DNA from: an uncultured Clostridia bacterium
GTDB lineage: Bacteria > Bacillota > Clostridia > TANB77 > CAG-508
Direction of reading: 5' to 3'
Assembly (NCBI GenBank): GCA_944392805.1
Contig: CALXXZ010000001.1
Location: forward strand, 1,084-65,083
DNA length: 64,000 nt
This document shows, piece after piece, positions 38,305-48,097 of the stretch. The first letter of the stretch is position 1, and every line of letters starts with the position of its first letter. The position numbers and the translations under genes were made by a program. Under the pieces are notes generated by a model. It did not search any database and was not told where the DNA came from. It worked only from the letters and a program-made list of their open reading frames with translations.

Positions 38305-40086
38305 TTACTTTAAAGTTTCTAAATATGGTAATACTTCACTTAATATTTTACTACCTACTGGTGCTGCGACACCACCTCCTTGGTGTCCACCTTCTCCTGT
38401 TGGATTATATAATGTTATTAAAAGAACTATTTGAGGATCATCTGTTTCTGCGACTCCACAAAAAGAAGTAACATATTTATTAGTATTTACACCATCTTCT
38501 GATGTACCTGTTTTACCACCAACATTATATCCTGCAACTTGAGCATTTTTTCCAGTTCCTTCTGAAACAACACTATTCATCATACTCAAAACTTTTTCTG
38601 CATTTTCTTTAGAAATTATTTGTTCACCTGTTTCAATTGGCATTTCTGTAGTTTCACCAGTAACAGAATTTTGTATACTTTTTACAATTCTAGGTTTTAT
38701 ATATGTTCCATTATTCGCTATAGATGATACTGCTGTAATCATTTGAAGAGGAGTGATTTCAAACCTTTGACCAAAACTAATTGTTGCAAGTTCTACTGGT
38801 CCTGCTTTTTCCTCTTTTACAAAAATACTGTTAGCTTCTCCTGGCAATTTTATTCCAGTTTTTGAAAATAGTCCAAATTTTCGTAAATATTCATAATATT
38901 TTGTAACACCAATTTTTTGGCCTAATCCTATAAATACAGGGTTACATGAATTCATCAATCCTTGTCTTAAACTTTCTGGGCCATGTGGTCTATAATACCT
39001 CCAACATTTTATTCTGGTTCCAGCAACTTCAATTCCACCACTACAGTTAAATTCTCCTTGTTTATCTATATCTGTTACAATACCTTCTTGCAATGCTGCT
39101 GATGCTGTAATAAGTTTAAATACTGAACCTGGTTCATATGTATCTGAAATTGCTTTATTTCTCCACATTCCTTGCAATATTACTGTTCTATCTTCTTGCG
39201 ACATTGAAGACCAATTTGCTTTTAATTCTTCATCAACTGGTTCATATGGTGTATTCAAATCATAACTTGGATATGTAGCCATTGCTAATATATCTCCATT
39301 TTTAGGATTCATTGCAATTACACTTCCACCATCTGTGCATACATTATCAATACAAGCTTCTTCTAAATACTTTTCAACTATTGATTGAATTGTCATATCA
39401 ATTGTTAAAATAAGATTATTTCCATCAACTGCTGCAACATACTCCTCCGCACCTAAGCTTTCTCCTGTGGCATTTGTTTCTCTTTCAATTTTTCCATTTG
39501 TTCCTTTTAATTCATCATCATATTTTGCTTCGATTCCATCTAGTCCTTGATTATCACTTCCACAAAATCCTATTACTTGAGCAGCTAAATCTCCATATGG
39601 ATAATATCTTTTGGAATCTTCATCTATATTGATTCCTGCTGTAATCCCTTCCTCTTCAAGCCATTTCCTCAATTCATCAGTTTTTTCTTTTTCCACTTGT
39701 CTTACTATTGTTTCTATTGAACTTATTTTCTTTACCTTTTTTAATACTTTTTCATAATCTAATTCAAATATTTCACTTAATTTCTTTGCAACTTTTTCTT
39801 TATCTTCCTCTGCTATGTTTGTAGGATTTACAGTAATCGCTTCTACACTTGAACTTACTGCTAATACATATTTTCCTGTACTATCATATATAGTACCTCT
39901 TTTAGCTGTTATAGTCCTACTTTGGGATTGTTGACTACTCGCTTTTTCGCTTAGTTCAGCTCCCCATACAAACTGTATGTAAGATAGTCTTACTGTTAAA
40001 AGCACAAATATTAATATCACTATAAATAATGCATTTCTCATTTTCTTTTTATTTGACAATGAAATTGGCATAAAAAAATCACCCAT
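38305..40086 (-). CDS. Penicillin-binding protein 2 (class B transpeptidase, SpoVD/FtsI-like)
   Basis: 593 aa; N-terminal TM, SxxK (GSVFK), SxN and KTGT(S) motifs. Confidence 0.8.
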   Translation of the reverse strand: MGDFFMPISLSNKKKMRNALFIVILIFVLLTVRLSYIQFVWGAELSEKASSQQSQSRTITAKRGTIYDSTGKYVLAVSSSVEAITVNPTNIAEEDKEKVAKKLSEIFELDYEKVLKKVKKISSIETIVRQVEKEKTDELRKWLEEEGITAGINIDEDSKRYYPYGDLAAQVIGFCGSDNQGLDGIEAKYDDELKGTNGKIERETNATGESLGAEEYVAAVDGNNLILTIDMTIQSIVEKYLEEACIDNVCTDGGSVIAMNPKNGDILAMATYPSYDLNTPYEPVDEELKANWSSMSQEDRTVILQGMWRNKAISDTYEPGSVFKLITASAALQEGIVTDIDKQGEFNCSGGIEVAGTRIKCWRYYRPHGPESLRQGLMNSCNPVFIGLGQKIGVTKYYEYLRKFGLFSKTGIKLPGEANSIFVKEEKAGPVELATISFGQRFEITPLQMITAVSSIANNGTYIKPRIVKSIQNSVTGETTEMPIETGEQIISKENAEKVLSMMNSVVSEGTGKNAQVAGYNVGGKTGTSEDGVNTNKYVTSFCGVAETDDPQIVLLITLYNPTGEGGHQGGGVAAPVGSKILSEVLPYLETLK

Positions 40087-40121
40087 TTAATTTTATGCTA
40101 TTATTTATTAAAAAATGCACT

Positions 40122-40160
40122 AAAGAGGACCGTCCCCTTTAAAAAGGGACGGTCCTCTTT
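40122..40160 (-). terminator. Strong hairpin terminator after mazF (about 16-bp GC-rich stem)
   Basis: AAAGAGGACCGTCCCCTTTAAAAAGGGACGGTCCTCTTT; the core GGGACGGTCC resembles the GGGGACWGTCCCC repeat family. Confidence 0.6.
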
Positions 40161-40166
40161 GGTGCA

Positions 40167-40514
40167 TTATTCTAAGCCGAAACTTACTCCTAATGCATTA
40201 TTTAATTTATTCATTATTTGTGTGTCATCTATATGCCCAATTTTTTCTTTCAATCTACTTTTATCTATTGTTCTTATTTGCTCAGCTAATACTACAGAAT
40301 TACTTTTTAACCCACTAGTATTTTCTCCAAGTTCTATGTGTGTTGGTAATTTCGCTTTATTAGTTTGGGACGTTATGGCAGCAGCAATTACAGTTGGACT
40401 ATATTTGTTACCTAAGTCATTCTGTATTATTAAAACAGGTCTAATTCCTCCTTGTTCTGAACCTACAACTGGACTTAAATCTGCATAAAACATATCGCCT
40501 CTTTTTACTATCAT
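40167..40514 (-). CDS. mazF: MazF/PemK-family endoribonuclease toxin (EndoA/NdoA-like)
   Basis: [33 protein letters not shown]...KLPTHIELG is nearly identical in pattern to B. subtilis EndoA; the track start (GTG at 40523) is probably 3 codons too long. Confidence 0.8.
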   Translation of the reverse strand: MIVKRGDMFYADLSPVVGSEQGGIRPVLIIQNDLGNKYSPTVIAAAITSQTNKAKLPTHIELGENTSGLKSNSVVLAEQIRTIDKSRLKEKIGHIDDTQIMNKLNNALGVSFGLE

Positions 40515-40630
40515 CTTCTTCACTCCTAAAATTAGTATATTTCAAGTCTATATATTTCTATATTTAAACTATTAGTTTGAAGTAAAGTCAATAGTATATT
40601 ACATATATATTTTCGTAAAGTGTACTAGTA

Positions 40631-41245
40631 TTACTCCGTACTATTTACCTTTACCTCATTATATAATATGTAAATTGTCGTTTTTTGTTTATTGTCCTTT
40701 ATTTCCATCTGTGTTGGTTTATATGTTTTTTTGTCTATGTGTAAGATTTTTTCTTGTATGTAAATATTTTCTAGATTACTACTTGTTTTCATTATTATTT
40801 CTGTATCAGTTTCTTCATATTTTGCTTTTTCATCTTGCTTATAATCTTCGATGAAACTAGATAAATCTAAGCAATTATCTCCTAAATAATTGTAATTTTC
40901 TAAAATTGTGTTTAAATTTAAATTACTATTTTCTATTTTTAGATTTGTTCCATCTCTTTCTATTCTTATTCCTGCTATATTACTTGGTTCTATTACTTCT
41001 TGTATACTTTTATTTTCATTTTGATGTATTTGTTTTAATATATATTTATTACTATTTTTGTTACTTGTTACATTTACTGTTATCTGTGTTTCATATTCAC
41101 TAATGTTTAAAATATAGTCTACTATTTCTTGACTATTTTTATTATTTCCAATTTTAGAATTTTTAAAACTATTTTTATAAAAAATTGTAATTATTACTGC
41201 AACTATAATTATTATTAATAAAATTAACCAATATTTCTTTTTCAT
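40631..41245 (-). CDS. Membrane-anchored hypothetical protein
   Basis: 204 aa; N-terminal transmembrane anchor, N/K-rich extracellular part. Confidence 0.45.
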   Translation of the reverse strand: MKKKYWLILLIIIIVAVIITIFYKNSFKNSKIGNNKNSQEIVDYILNISEYETQITVNVTSNKNSNKYILKQIHQNENKSIQEVIEPSNIAGIRIERDGTNLKIENSNLNLNTILENYNYLGDNCLDLSSFIEDYKQDEKAKYEETDTEIIMKTSSNLENIYIQEKILHIDKKTYKPTQMEIKDNKQKTTIYILYNEVKVNSTE

Positions 41246-41338
41246 GTGACCTCCTTGATTGTTTTTTATTCTTTTAATTATATTTGATTATTTTTTAAAA
41301 TATGCACATGAAAAAAACTGGTATTTTTATAACCAGTT

Positions 41339-42313
41339 CTAAATATTATTAAAGTATTTTTCTACTACTTCAAATAATTCTTCTTTATTATTTATATGAT
41401 TTATTTTATCTCTAAATGTGCTTGAATCTTTCATATTTTTTGTATACCAAGCAATATGTTTTCTCATTTCATTTAAAGCTACATTTTCTCCTTTTTCTTT
41501 TATATCAAGTTCTATATGTTCTTTTAAAATTTGATATTTTTCTTCTGCTGATGGTTTTTCTAATTTTTTTCCAGTTTCTAAATAATATTGTATCTGTTTA
41601 AATATCCATGGATTTCCCATTGAACCTCTACCTATCATTATTCCATCTACTCCAGTATATTCAAACATCTTCTTTGCACTTTCTTCATCTATTATATCAC
41701 CATTACCTATTACAGGAATTTTTACTGATTGTTTAACTTGTTTTATTATATCTAAGTCTGCTTTTCCTCCATAAAATTCATCTCTTGTTCTTCCATGTAT
41801 TGTTATTGCTGATATTCCATTTTTCTCTGCCATTTGTGCAAATTCACATGCTACAATATTTTGATTATTCCAACCTTTTCTTAATTTTAATGTTACTGGA
41901 ACTTTTGCATTTTCTACAACCTTTTTTATTATCTGTTCTGCTTTCTCGATATCTAATAATAATTTACTTCCATCTCCATTTTTTACTACTTTAGGAGCAG
42001 GACATCCCATATTTATATCTATTATATCAGCTATATCATTTAGATATTTTGTAGCATATCCCATTGTCTCTGGATCACTTCCGAATATTTGCATACTTAT
42101 TAGATGTTTTTCTCCATCCGTTTTTAAAAGTGTTTTCGTTTTTTCATCCCCATAAAATAATGCTTTAGAACTCACCATTTCTGTACACACTAGGCCTGGA
42201 TTAAACTTTTCCACTATAATTCTAAAAGGCAGGTCTGTGACACCTGCCATTGGAGCTAATATTAAATTATTTTCTAATTCTACATTTCCTATTTTCAATT
42301 TTTTTAAGTACAT
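41339..42313 (-). CDS. dusB: tRNA-dihydrouridine synthase
   Basis: LAPMAGVTDLPFR N-terminal motif and TIM-barrel FMN-binding pattern. Confidence 0.8.
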   Translation of the reverse strand: MYLKKLKIGNVELENNLILAPMAGVTDLPFRIIVEKFNPGLVCTEMVSSKALFYGDEKTKTLLKTDGEKHLISMQIFGSDPETMGYATKYLNDIADIIDINMGCPAPKVVKNGDGSKLLLDIEKAEQIIKKVVENAKVPVTLKLRKGWNNQNIVACEFAQMAEKNGISAITIHGRTRDEFYGGKADLDIIKQVKQSVKIPVIGNGDIIDEESAKKMFEYTGVDGIMIGRGSMGNPWIFKQIQYYLETGKKLEKPSAEEKYQILKEHIELDIKEKGENVALNEMRKHIAWYTKNMKDSSTFRDKINHINNKEELFEVVEKYFNNI

Positions 42314-42430
42314 TTAATTATCCTCCTAGAAATAGATATATAACTATTGATTAGTCAAAGACCCCCGACGAAAACCATAGATATGTTTTTGACAAGAAAT
42401 AGTTATATATCTATTTCTAGGTAAAATTAA

Positions 42431-43543
42431 TTACTTGTTAAACATACCCGTTTTTCTTTGACTACTTATATTTAATAATATTCCTATACATAGAAAACTC
42501 GTCATCATAGAAGTACCACCATAGCTAACAAAAAGTAACGGCACTCCAGTAATTGGTAATAATCCCATTGTCATACCTATATTTTCTAATGTATGAAATA
42601 AGAATATTCCAGCAATACCTGTTGCGACATATGCACCAGCTTCATCTTTAATACCTTTAGCAATTTGAATTGCCTTTGTAATAATAACCACATTCAATAT
42701 TATTACTGAGCCGGCCACTATAAATCCCATTTCTTCACCGATTACAGAAAAAATAAAATCAGTTGTTTTAGGATATAAATATCCTAATTGTGTTTGATTT
42801 CCTTCTAAAATTCCCATTCCTGTAATTTGCCCTGCGCCTATTGCAAGTTTTGATTGTAATACATTATATCCTGCGCCTCTAGCATCTTCTTCAGGATTTA
42901 AAAAAGTATCTATTCTTTTTTTAGCATGTTCTGGTAATATGAAATTATATGATACCGGTACTGCTATAACTACTAATGCAATTGCTGTTATTATATATTT
43001 TTTATCTATACCTGCTACAAATATCATTAATACTGTTGCCATTATATATGCAGAAGCTGTACCATAATCTGGTTGCATTATTATTAATACCACTGGTATA
43101 CCTACTACCAATAATATCAATCCAAGTTTTAAAATTTTATTTATTTCGTTTCTGCCTCTTCTTTGTAAGATTGATATTATATATGATAAAAATAATATTA
43201 CAAATATTTTAGATATTTCTGCCGGTTGCAATGAGAATAATCCGTCTCCTATATCAAACCAGCTACTGGCACCATTTATAGGTTCTGTAAATAATACTGC
43301 AATTAAAGAAATTATCGATATTGCATATAATATTGGAGATAATCTTATCATAATTTTATAGTCTATAAATAGTGCTATAAACATTAAAATAATACTTATC
43401 CCCACCCAAATTAATTGTTTTTTAAAATCTTCCAATCCAGAATCATAAGATGCCGAAAATAATGCTACAAGTCCTATTGCACATAATACTATTGCACATA
43501 CTGGTATCCACCATTCTATTTTTCTAAAATTCTTGATATTCAA
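42431..43543 (-). CDS. rodA: FtsW/RodA/SpoVE-family peptidoglycan glycosyltransferase (SEDS)
   Basis: 370 aa, about 10 TM helices, conserved DFIFSVIGEE..G motif; the position after minDE suggests rodA. Confidence 0.7.
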   Translation of the reverse strand: MNIKNFRKIEWWIPVCAIVLCAIGLVALFSASYDSGLEDFKKQLIWVGISIILMFIALFIDYKIMIRLSPILYAISIISLIAVLFTEPINGASSWFDIGDGLFSLQPAEISKIFVILFLSYIISILQRRGRNEINKILKLGLILLVVGIPVVLIIMQPDYGTASAYIMATVLMIFVAGIDKKYIITAIALVVIAVPVSYNFILPEHAKKRIDTFLNPEEDARGAGYNVLQSKLAIGAGQITGMGILEGNQTQLGYLYPKTTDFIFSVIGEEMGFIVAGSVIILNVVIITKAIQIAKGIKDEAGAYVATGIAGIFLFHTLENIGMTMGLLPITGVPLLFVSYGGTSMMTSFLCIGILLNISSQRKTGMFNK

Positions 43544-43558
43544 TTTGACCTCTCTTTT

Positions 43559-44011
43559 TTAAGATTGTTCTTTTTCAACCTTCTTTTCTTTTTTTGTTTC
43601 TTTTTTATCTGTTTTCTGCTCTTTTGTATTTTCTTTTTCTGGCTCTGTTTGATTTTTTTCTTCAACCTTTTCTTCTTGTTTTTCTTGATTGTCTACTTTT
43701 TCATTTTTTCTTGCTTCCTCTTTTATATTTAATATTGGTATATTTGCATATAAAGCTGGAGCTCCATTTGTTCCATCACTGTTTTCTTTATTTGTTAATC
43801 TTACATCCATTGCACTTTCATCAATGTCTATATATTTTTTTATTACATCTATTATTTCTTGTTTCATCAAATCTAAAAAGTCTGCTGATACATTTGCTCT
43901 ATCTTGCATCAAAACTAGATGTAGTCTCTCTTTTGCAGCATCTTTAGATTTTAATGTTTGCTCTTCTTTTTTTGCCATCTTCTTAAAAAACTTCATTATG
44001 CTTTCAAACAT
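43559..44011 (-). CDS. minE: Cell division topological specificity factor MinE with extended K/E-rich C-terminal tail
   Basis: N-terminal MFESIMKFFKK...KERLHLVLMQDR matches MinE; about 60 extra C-terminal residues of low-complexity KE repeats. Confidence 0.65.
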   Translation of the reverse strand: MFESIMKFFKKMAKKEEQTLKSKDAAKERLHLVLMQDRANVSADFLDLMKQEIIDVIKKYIDIDESAMDVRLTNKENSDGTNGAPALYANIPILNIKEEARKNEKVDNQEKQEEKVEEKNQTEPEKENTKEQKTDKKETKKEKKVEKEQS

Positions 44012-44035
44012 TATTTATTACCCTCCAACTTTTGT

Positions 44036-44827
44036 TTATTTTTTAAATATGTTTTTTATTTTTTCAAAAAACCCTTTTTCTCTTCCTGGTATTGTTACTT
44101 CTATATTTTCTCCTAATACTCTTTTTGCGATTTCTAAATATGCTTTTCCTGATGGTGCTTTTCTATTTTGTATTACAGGTTCTCCTTTATTTGTTTGTGT
44201 TATTATGTATTCGTCGTCTGGTACTACACCTATTAAATCTATTGATAGCAAGTCCACTATATCATTTACATCCATCATTTCGCCTTTTTTTACCATGTTT
44301 GGTCTTATTCTATTTATTACCAATTCTGGATTTTTTATTTCTGATGCTTCTAATAATCCTATTATTCTATCTGCATCTCTTATTGCTGATATTTCAGCTG
44401 TTGTTACTACTATTGCACGATTTGCTCCTGCAATGGCATTTTTAAATCCTTGTTCAATTCCTGCTGGGCAGTCTATTAGTATATAGTCAAATTCTTCTTT
44501 TAATTTGTTTACTAAATTTCTCATTTGTTCTTCATTTACTGCACTTTTATCTCTTGTTTGTGCAGCTGGTAACAAATATAATTCTTTAAATCTTTTATCT
44601 TTTATTAATGCTTGTCTTAATTTACATTTTTCTTCAACAACATCTACTATGTCATATACTATTCTATTTTCTAGCCCCATTACTACATCTAGATTTCTTA
44701 ATCCAATATCTGTATCTATTAATACTACTTTTTTTCCTTCTAAGGCTAAGCTTGAACCTAAATTTGCTGTTGTTGTTGTTTTTCCAACTCCACCTTTTCC
44801 TGATGTTATAACTATAACTTCTCCCAT
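44036..44827 (-). CDS. minD: Septum site-determining ATPase MinD
   Basis: GKGGVGKTTTTANLG deviant Walker A; 263 aa. Confidence 0.85.
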   Translation of the reverse strand: MGEVIVITSGKGGVGKTTTTANLGSSLALEGKKVVLIDTDIGLRNLDVVMGLENRIVYDIVDVVEEKCKLRQALIKDKRFKELYLLPAAQTRDKSAVNEEQMRNLVNKLKEEFDYILIDCPAGIEQGFKNAIAGANRAIVVTTAEISAIRDADRIIGLLEASEIKNPELVINRIRPNMVKKGEMMDVNDIVDLLSIDLIGVVPDDEYIITQTNKGEPVIQNRKAPSGKAYLEIAKRVLGENIEVTIPGREKGFFEKIKNIFKK

Positions 44828-45059
44828 ATTTCCCTCCTTAGGATATAAAATCCCAATTTATACATCTATTATCATACTATGAAAATGGCAAAAAGTCAAT
44901 GTATTTGGTAAAATTTGCATAAAAAAATTGCTATTTCCCTAAGGCTTAACTTCACTTTGTTACGTACTTGTAATACTTTAATTATTACATATAAATATAA
45001 TTAATATAAATGAAAACATTTTGTATATCTAAATTTTGAAATAGCAATTGTTAATAAAA

Positions 45060-45105
45060 ACGATGAGCCTCATTCAATGTGAAATTGAACATATCTCATC
45101 GCTTT
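45060..45105 (-). terminator. Bidirectional hairpin terminator after the amidase gene
   Basis: CGATGAG...CTCATCG stem with nested pairing, flanked by T runs on both strands. Confidence 0.5.
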
Positions 45106-45107
45106 TT

Positions 45108-45815
45108 TTATTCATAAAAATAATCTATTATCCCATTATATATTCCCCATGCTAGTTTATTTTGGTATTCATCTTCTAATAATAGTTTTTCTTCTTCTGG
45201 ATTTGATAAAAATCCACATTCTACTATTGCTGTTGGTATTTCGATATGTTTTATTATATAAACATTATCTATTGTTTTTGCAACCCTATTATTTTCTTTT
45301 TGTATTGCATCATTTAAGTTGCTTTGTATTTTTTCCGCCAGTTTTTTTCCTTGCTCGTTTCCTTGTTTATAAAATGTTTGCCAGCCATCATATTGCTGTT
45401 GTGGTATTTTGTTTAGGTGTATTGATACAAATATATCTGCACTTGATTCATTTCCTATTTTTACTCTATTGTGTATGTCTGATATCTTTTTCTGTTTTAA
45501 TGTTTTTGAATCTATATCATATATTGCATTTTCATCAGAACGCGTAAGTATTACGGAAGAACCACTTTGCTCTAATAAATTTTGTAATTTTAGTGCTATT
45601 TTTAAATTTGTTTCCGCTTCTGTTGTTCCTCTACTACTTTCAGCGCCTTCATCAGGTTTTCCATGTCCTGCATCTATTACTATTGTTTTCCCTGATACTG
45701 GCAACGATACTGTTGGAATCATTTCTTGTTTGTCTGTTACTAGAATAAAAGCAAATATTGATACAAATACACTCATTACTATAATTGCTATTCTTTTTTT
45801 ATTTAATACAATCAT
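45108..45815 (-). CDS. N-acetylmuramoyl-L-alanine amidase (AMI_3; CwlD-like)
   Basis: VIDAGHGKPDEGAES...E..N zinc-amidase motifs; the track start at 45884 overlaps the upstream gene, so the likely start is MIVLNKK at 45815. Confidence 0.65.
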   Translation of the reverse strand: MIVLNKKRIAIIVMSVFVSIFAFILVTDKQEMIPTVSLPVSGKTIVIDAGHGKPDEGAESSRGTTEAETNLKIALKLQNLLEQSGSSVILTRSDENAIYDIDSKTLKQKKISDIHNRVKIGNESSADIFVSIHLNKIPQQQYDGWQTFYKQGNEQGKKLAEKIQSNLNDAIQKENNRVAKTIDNVYIIKHIEIPTAIVECGFLSNPEEEKLLLEDEYQNKLAWGIYNGIIDYFYE

Positions 45816-45846
45816 AAAAAATCCCCCATACTCTTTTATAATTGTA

Positions 45847-46389
45847 TTAGTCTTTTCTGTTTTTATGCATAAAAATTTTATCATTATGTGTAAATTCTTT
45901 CAGCCATTTATTTAAATCTTTTTGTTTTTTAAAAATTAATACTTTTTCTTTTGGAATATTTTTCAAATTATCCACAATTGTAGGTCTTTTCTTTTTATTA
46001 TATGTAATAACATATTTTAAAAATGTAAAATCCAAACGTTCCTTACATCCTGGTATTTCAGCTCTTTCTTTATTATGTGTTTTTATAAATCTTTTTAGAA
46101 CTCCTTTTAATTGTGCACTAGTTGAATAATCTAACCAAATTATTAAATCAGCTTTATCAAAACGTTCTTTAAGTGTTTTATTGTAATTACCATCAATAAT
46201 CCATTTGTCTTCTGATGACTTATTAGATATTATCTTGTCTCTTTCTTCCTTATCTATTTGAATCCAGTTTTCTTTAAAATTAATCCCATCTAAATGAATA
46301 GCTGGAAGGTTTAATTCTTTTGATAATACATCACATAATGTACTTTTCCCACTTCCAGAACCACCAACAATAGAAATTCGATTATACAT
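45847..46389 (-). CDS. P-loop nucleoside/nucleotide kinase-like protein (topology-modulation/AAA-like)
   Basis: ISIVGGSGSGKSTL Walker A; the likely start is MYNRISIVGG (46389) rather than the track start at 46425. Confidence 0.55.
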   Translation of the reverse strand: MYNRISIVGGSGSGKSTLCDVLSKELNLPAIHLDGINFKENWIQIDKEERDKIISNKSSEDKWIIDGNYNKTLKERFDKADLIIWLDYSTSAQLKGVLKRFIKTHNKERAEIPGCKERLDFTFLKYVITYNKKKRPTIVDNLKNIPKEKVLIFKKQKDLNKWLKEFTHNDKIFMHKNRKD

Positions 46390-46405
46390 AATAATTTCCT
46401 CCCGA

Positions 46406-47386
46406 TTATCCAATATTATAGACATACCCTACTTCTTTATATCTTTTTCCATCTTTTTCAAAATATTTTTCATCAGTCATTAATTTTCCACCAATTTTCT
46501 CATAGAATTTTCTTCCATTTTCATTTTTTTCTAAACACCATATTATCATTTTGTTTTTACTTTTATTTTTCAAATCATTCATTACATATTCTACTAATTT
46601 TCTACCTATACCTTTTCCTAAACTATCATAATCCACATATATTGCTATAATTTCTGAATCTATATCACTATTTTCATAGGCTACATTGTCATCATATCTA
46701 CAATATCCTAATATCTTTCCATTTTCTTCCGCAACTATTACATTTCCAATATTATAATGTTGTCTCCATTTTTCTATTTTTTCATTTCTATCAAGATTAT
46801 CTAAAGTTGTATCATCTATTATACCTTTATATACTTTTTTCCAATCATTAATGTTTATATCAACAATTTGTTCAATGTCTTCATATTTAACTTCTCTAAT
46901 TACTATATCTTTACATTTTAAATCATTATTAATTTTGTGTACTGGGAAATTTGTAGACTTAAAGACCTCTTGTAAACATCTAGGTAAAATAGTATATTCT
47001 TCTATTTTATCTAGATCTATCCATTCGTATTGTAAATATTCTTTGCCTTCTATATTATGCATTGTATAATCAATATTCTTATCTTCTTCATTTTTAAATT
47101 CTATCCTATGCAAGAAATATATTTCATGATATTTTTTATTTTCCATTTCAAAAAAATTTTCTATTGTTGCAATATACCCTGTTATTTCAATATCTTTTCC
47201 CAACTCTTCTTTGATTTCTCTCCTTATTGTTTCTTCTGAGCTTTCGCCTATTTCTACTCTCCCTCCTGGCAGACAATAATGGTCCTTATTTATATTTTTG
47301 TGAGTTAAAATCTTGTTATTATGTATAATTACTCCTCCTGCACGTATATTTAGCTTATAATCTTCTACATCTAAAGTTAAATCCAT
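46406..47386 (-). CDS. Nudix hydrolase fused to GNAT N-acetyltransferase
   Basis: N-terminal Nudix box GGRVEIGESSEETIRREIKEELG; C-terminal acetyl-CoA-binding LGKGIGRKLV. Confidence 0.65.
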   Translation of the reverse strand: MDLTLDVEDYKLNIRAGGVIIHNNKILTHKNINKDHYCLPGGRVEIGESSEETIRREIKEELGKDIEITGYIATIENFFEMENKKYHEIYFLHRIEFKNEEDKNIDYTMHNIEGKEYLQYEWIDLDKIEEYTILPRCLQEVFKSTNFPVHKINNDLKCKDIVIREVKYEDIEQIVDININDWKKVYKGIIDDTTLDNLDRNEKIEKWRQHYNIGNVIVAEENGKILGYCRYDDNVAYENSDIDSEIIAIYVDYDSLGKGIGRKLVEYVMNDLKNKSKNKMIIWCLEKNENGRKFYEKIGGKLMTDEKYFEKDGKRYKEVGYVYNIG

Positions 47387-47477
47387 ATCAATTCTCCTTT
47401 CTTGTTTCTACATTTTATCACTTTAATATTTTTATATCAATAGGAAAATACAGGAAATATTATTTTTATGAAAAATC

Positions 47478-47497
47478 ACCATAGGGATGCCCCTATG
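47478..47497 (-). terminator. Hairpin terminator downstream of CDS 47581-48048
   Basis: Perfect CCATAGGG-ATGC-CCCTATGG hairpin followed by a T-rich run. Confidence 0.45.
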
Positions 47498-47580
47498 GTT
47501 CTAATTTTAATGTATAAAAAAACTCTTTTATTCCTGTTTCTGTTTCAAAAAATATTCTATATTTATAATATGTTCCTGTT

Positions 47581-48048
47581 TCAATTCTTCCAACATTTAC
47601 TGACCCCTCTATTGTAGCTGTTGTATTTCCCCCGGGGTTCAACTGTTACTGGATTTAAGTTTTCTGTTCTTGAGTCATATGCGCTTCTTGAGTCAACTGA
47701 TTCTAATAATTCAACTTTTCCATTTGTAAATGTATTTTTAGAATTGTTTCCTAATTGTAATGTTATTGTTAATGTTCTGGGAATGATTGCAAGTTTGCTT
47801 TGGACTTTCATAGTTGTTGTAATCGAATTTCCCACACATTGTTCATCAACTACTTTTAGAAGTTCCATCCCAAATAGATTTTCTATCTTTGTGGTTGCTG
47901 AAAATCTATTAATACCATTTTCATCTTCTCCTACTGGTGGTACTTCTATTTCTTGTTCTTCCATTTTAGCTATTGCTGTTCCATTTATCGTTAGTTCTTC
48001 TGTAAAAATCGAATAACCTGTTGATATAACACCACATATGACAAGCAT
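47581..48048 (-). CDS. hypothetical protein
   Basis: 155-aa ORF; upstream in-frame stop confirms the start. Confidence 0.4.
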   Translation of the reverse strand: MLVICGVISTGYSIFTEELTINGTAIAKMEEQEIEVPPVGEDENGINRFSATTKIENLFGMELLKVVDEQCVGNSITTTMKVQSKLAIIPRTLTITLQLGNNSKNTFTNGKVELLESVDSRSAYDSRTENLNPVTVEPRGKYNSYNRGVSKCWKN

Positions 48049-48097
48049 TATTATAATTATATATACTGTTTTTAATGGTTTCTTTCGTTTTTTTATC

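Noticed and set aside
40159-40488. 109-aa plus-strand ORF
   Set aside because: It lies antisense to the strongly supported mazF/endoA gene and has no RBS.
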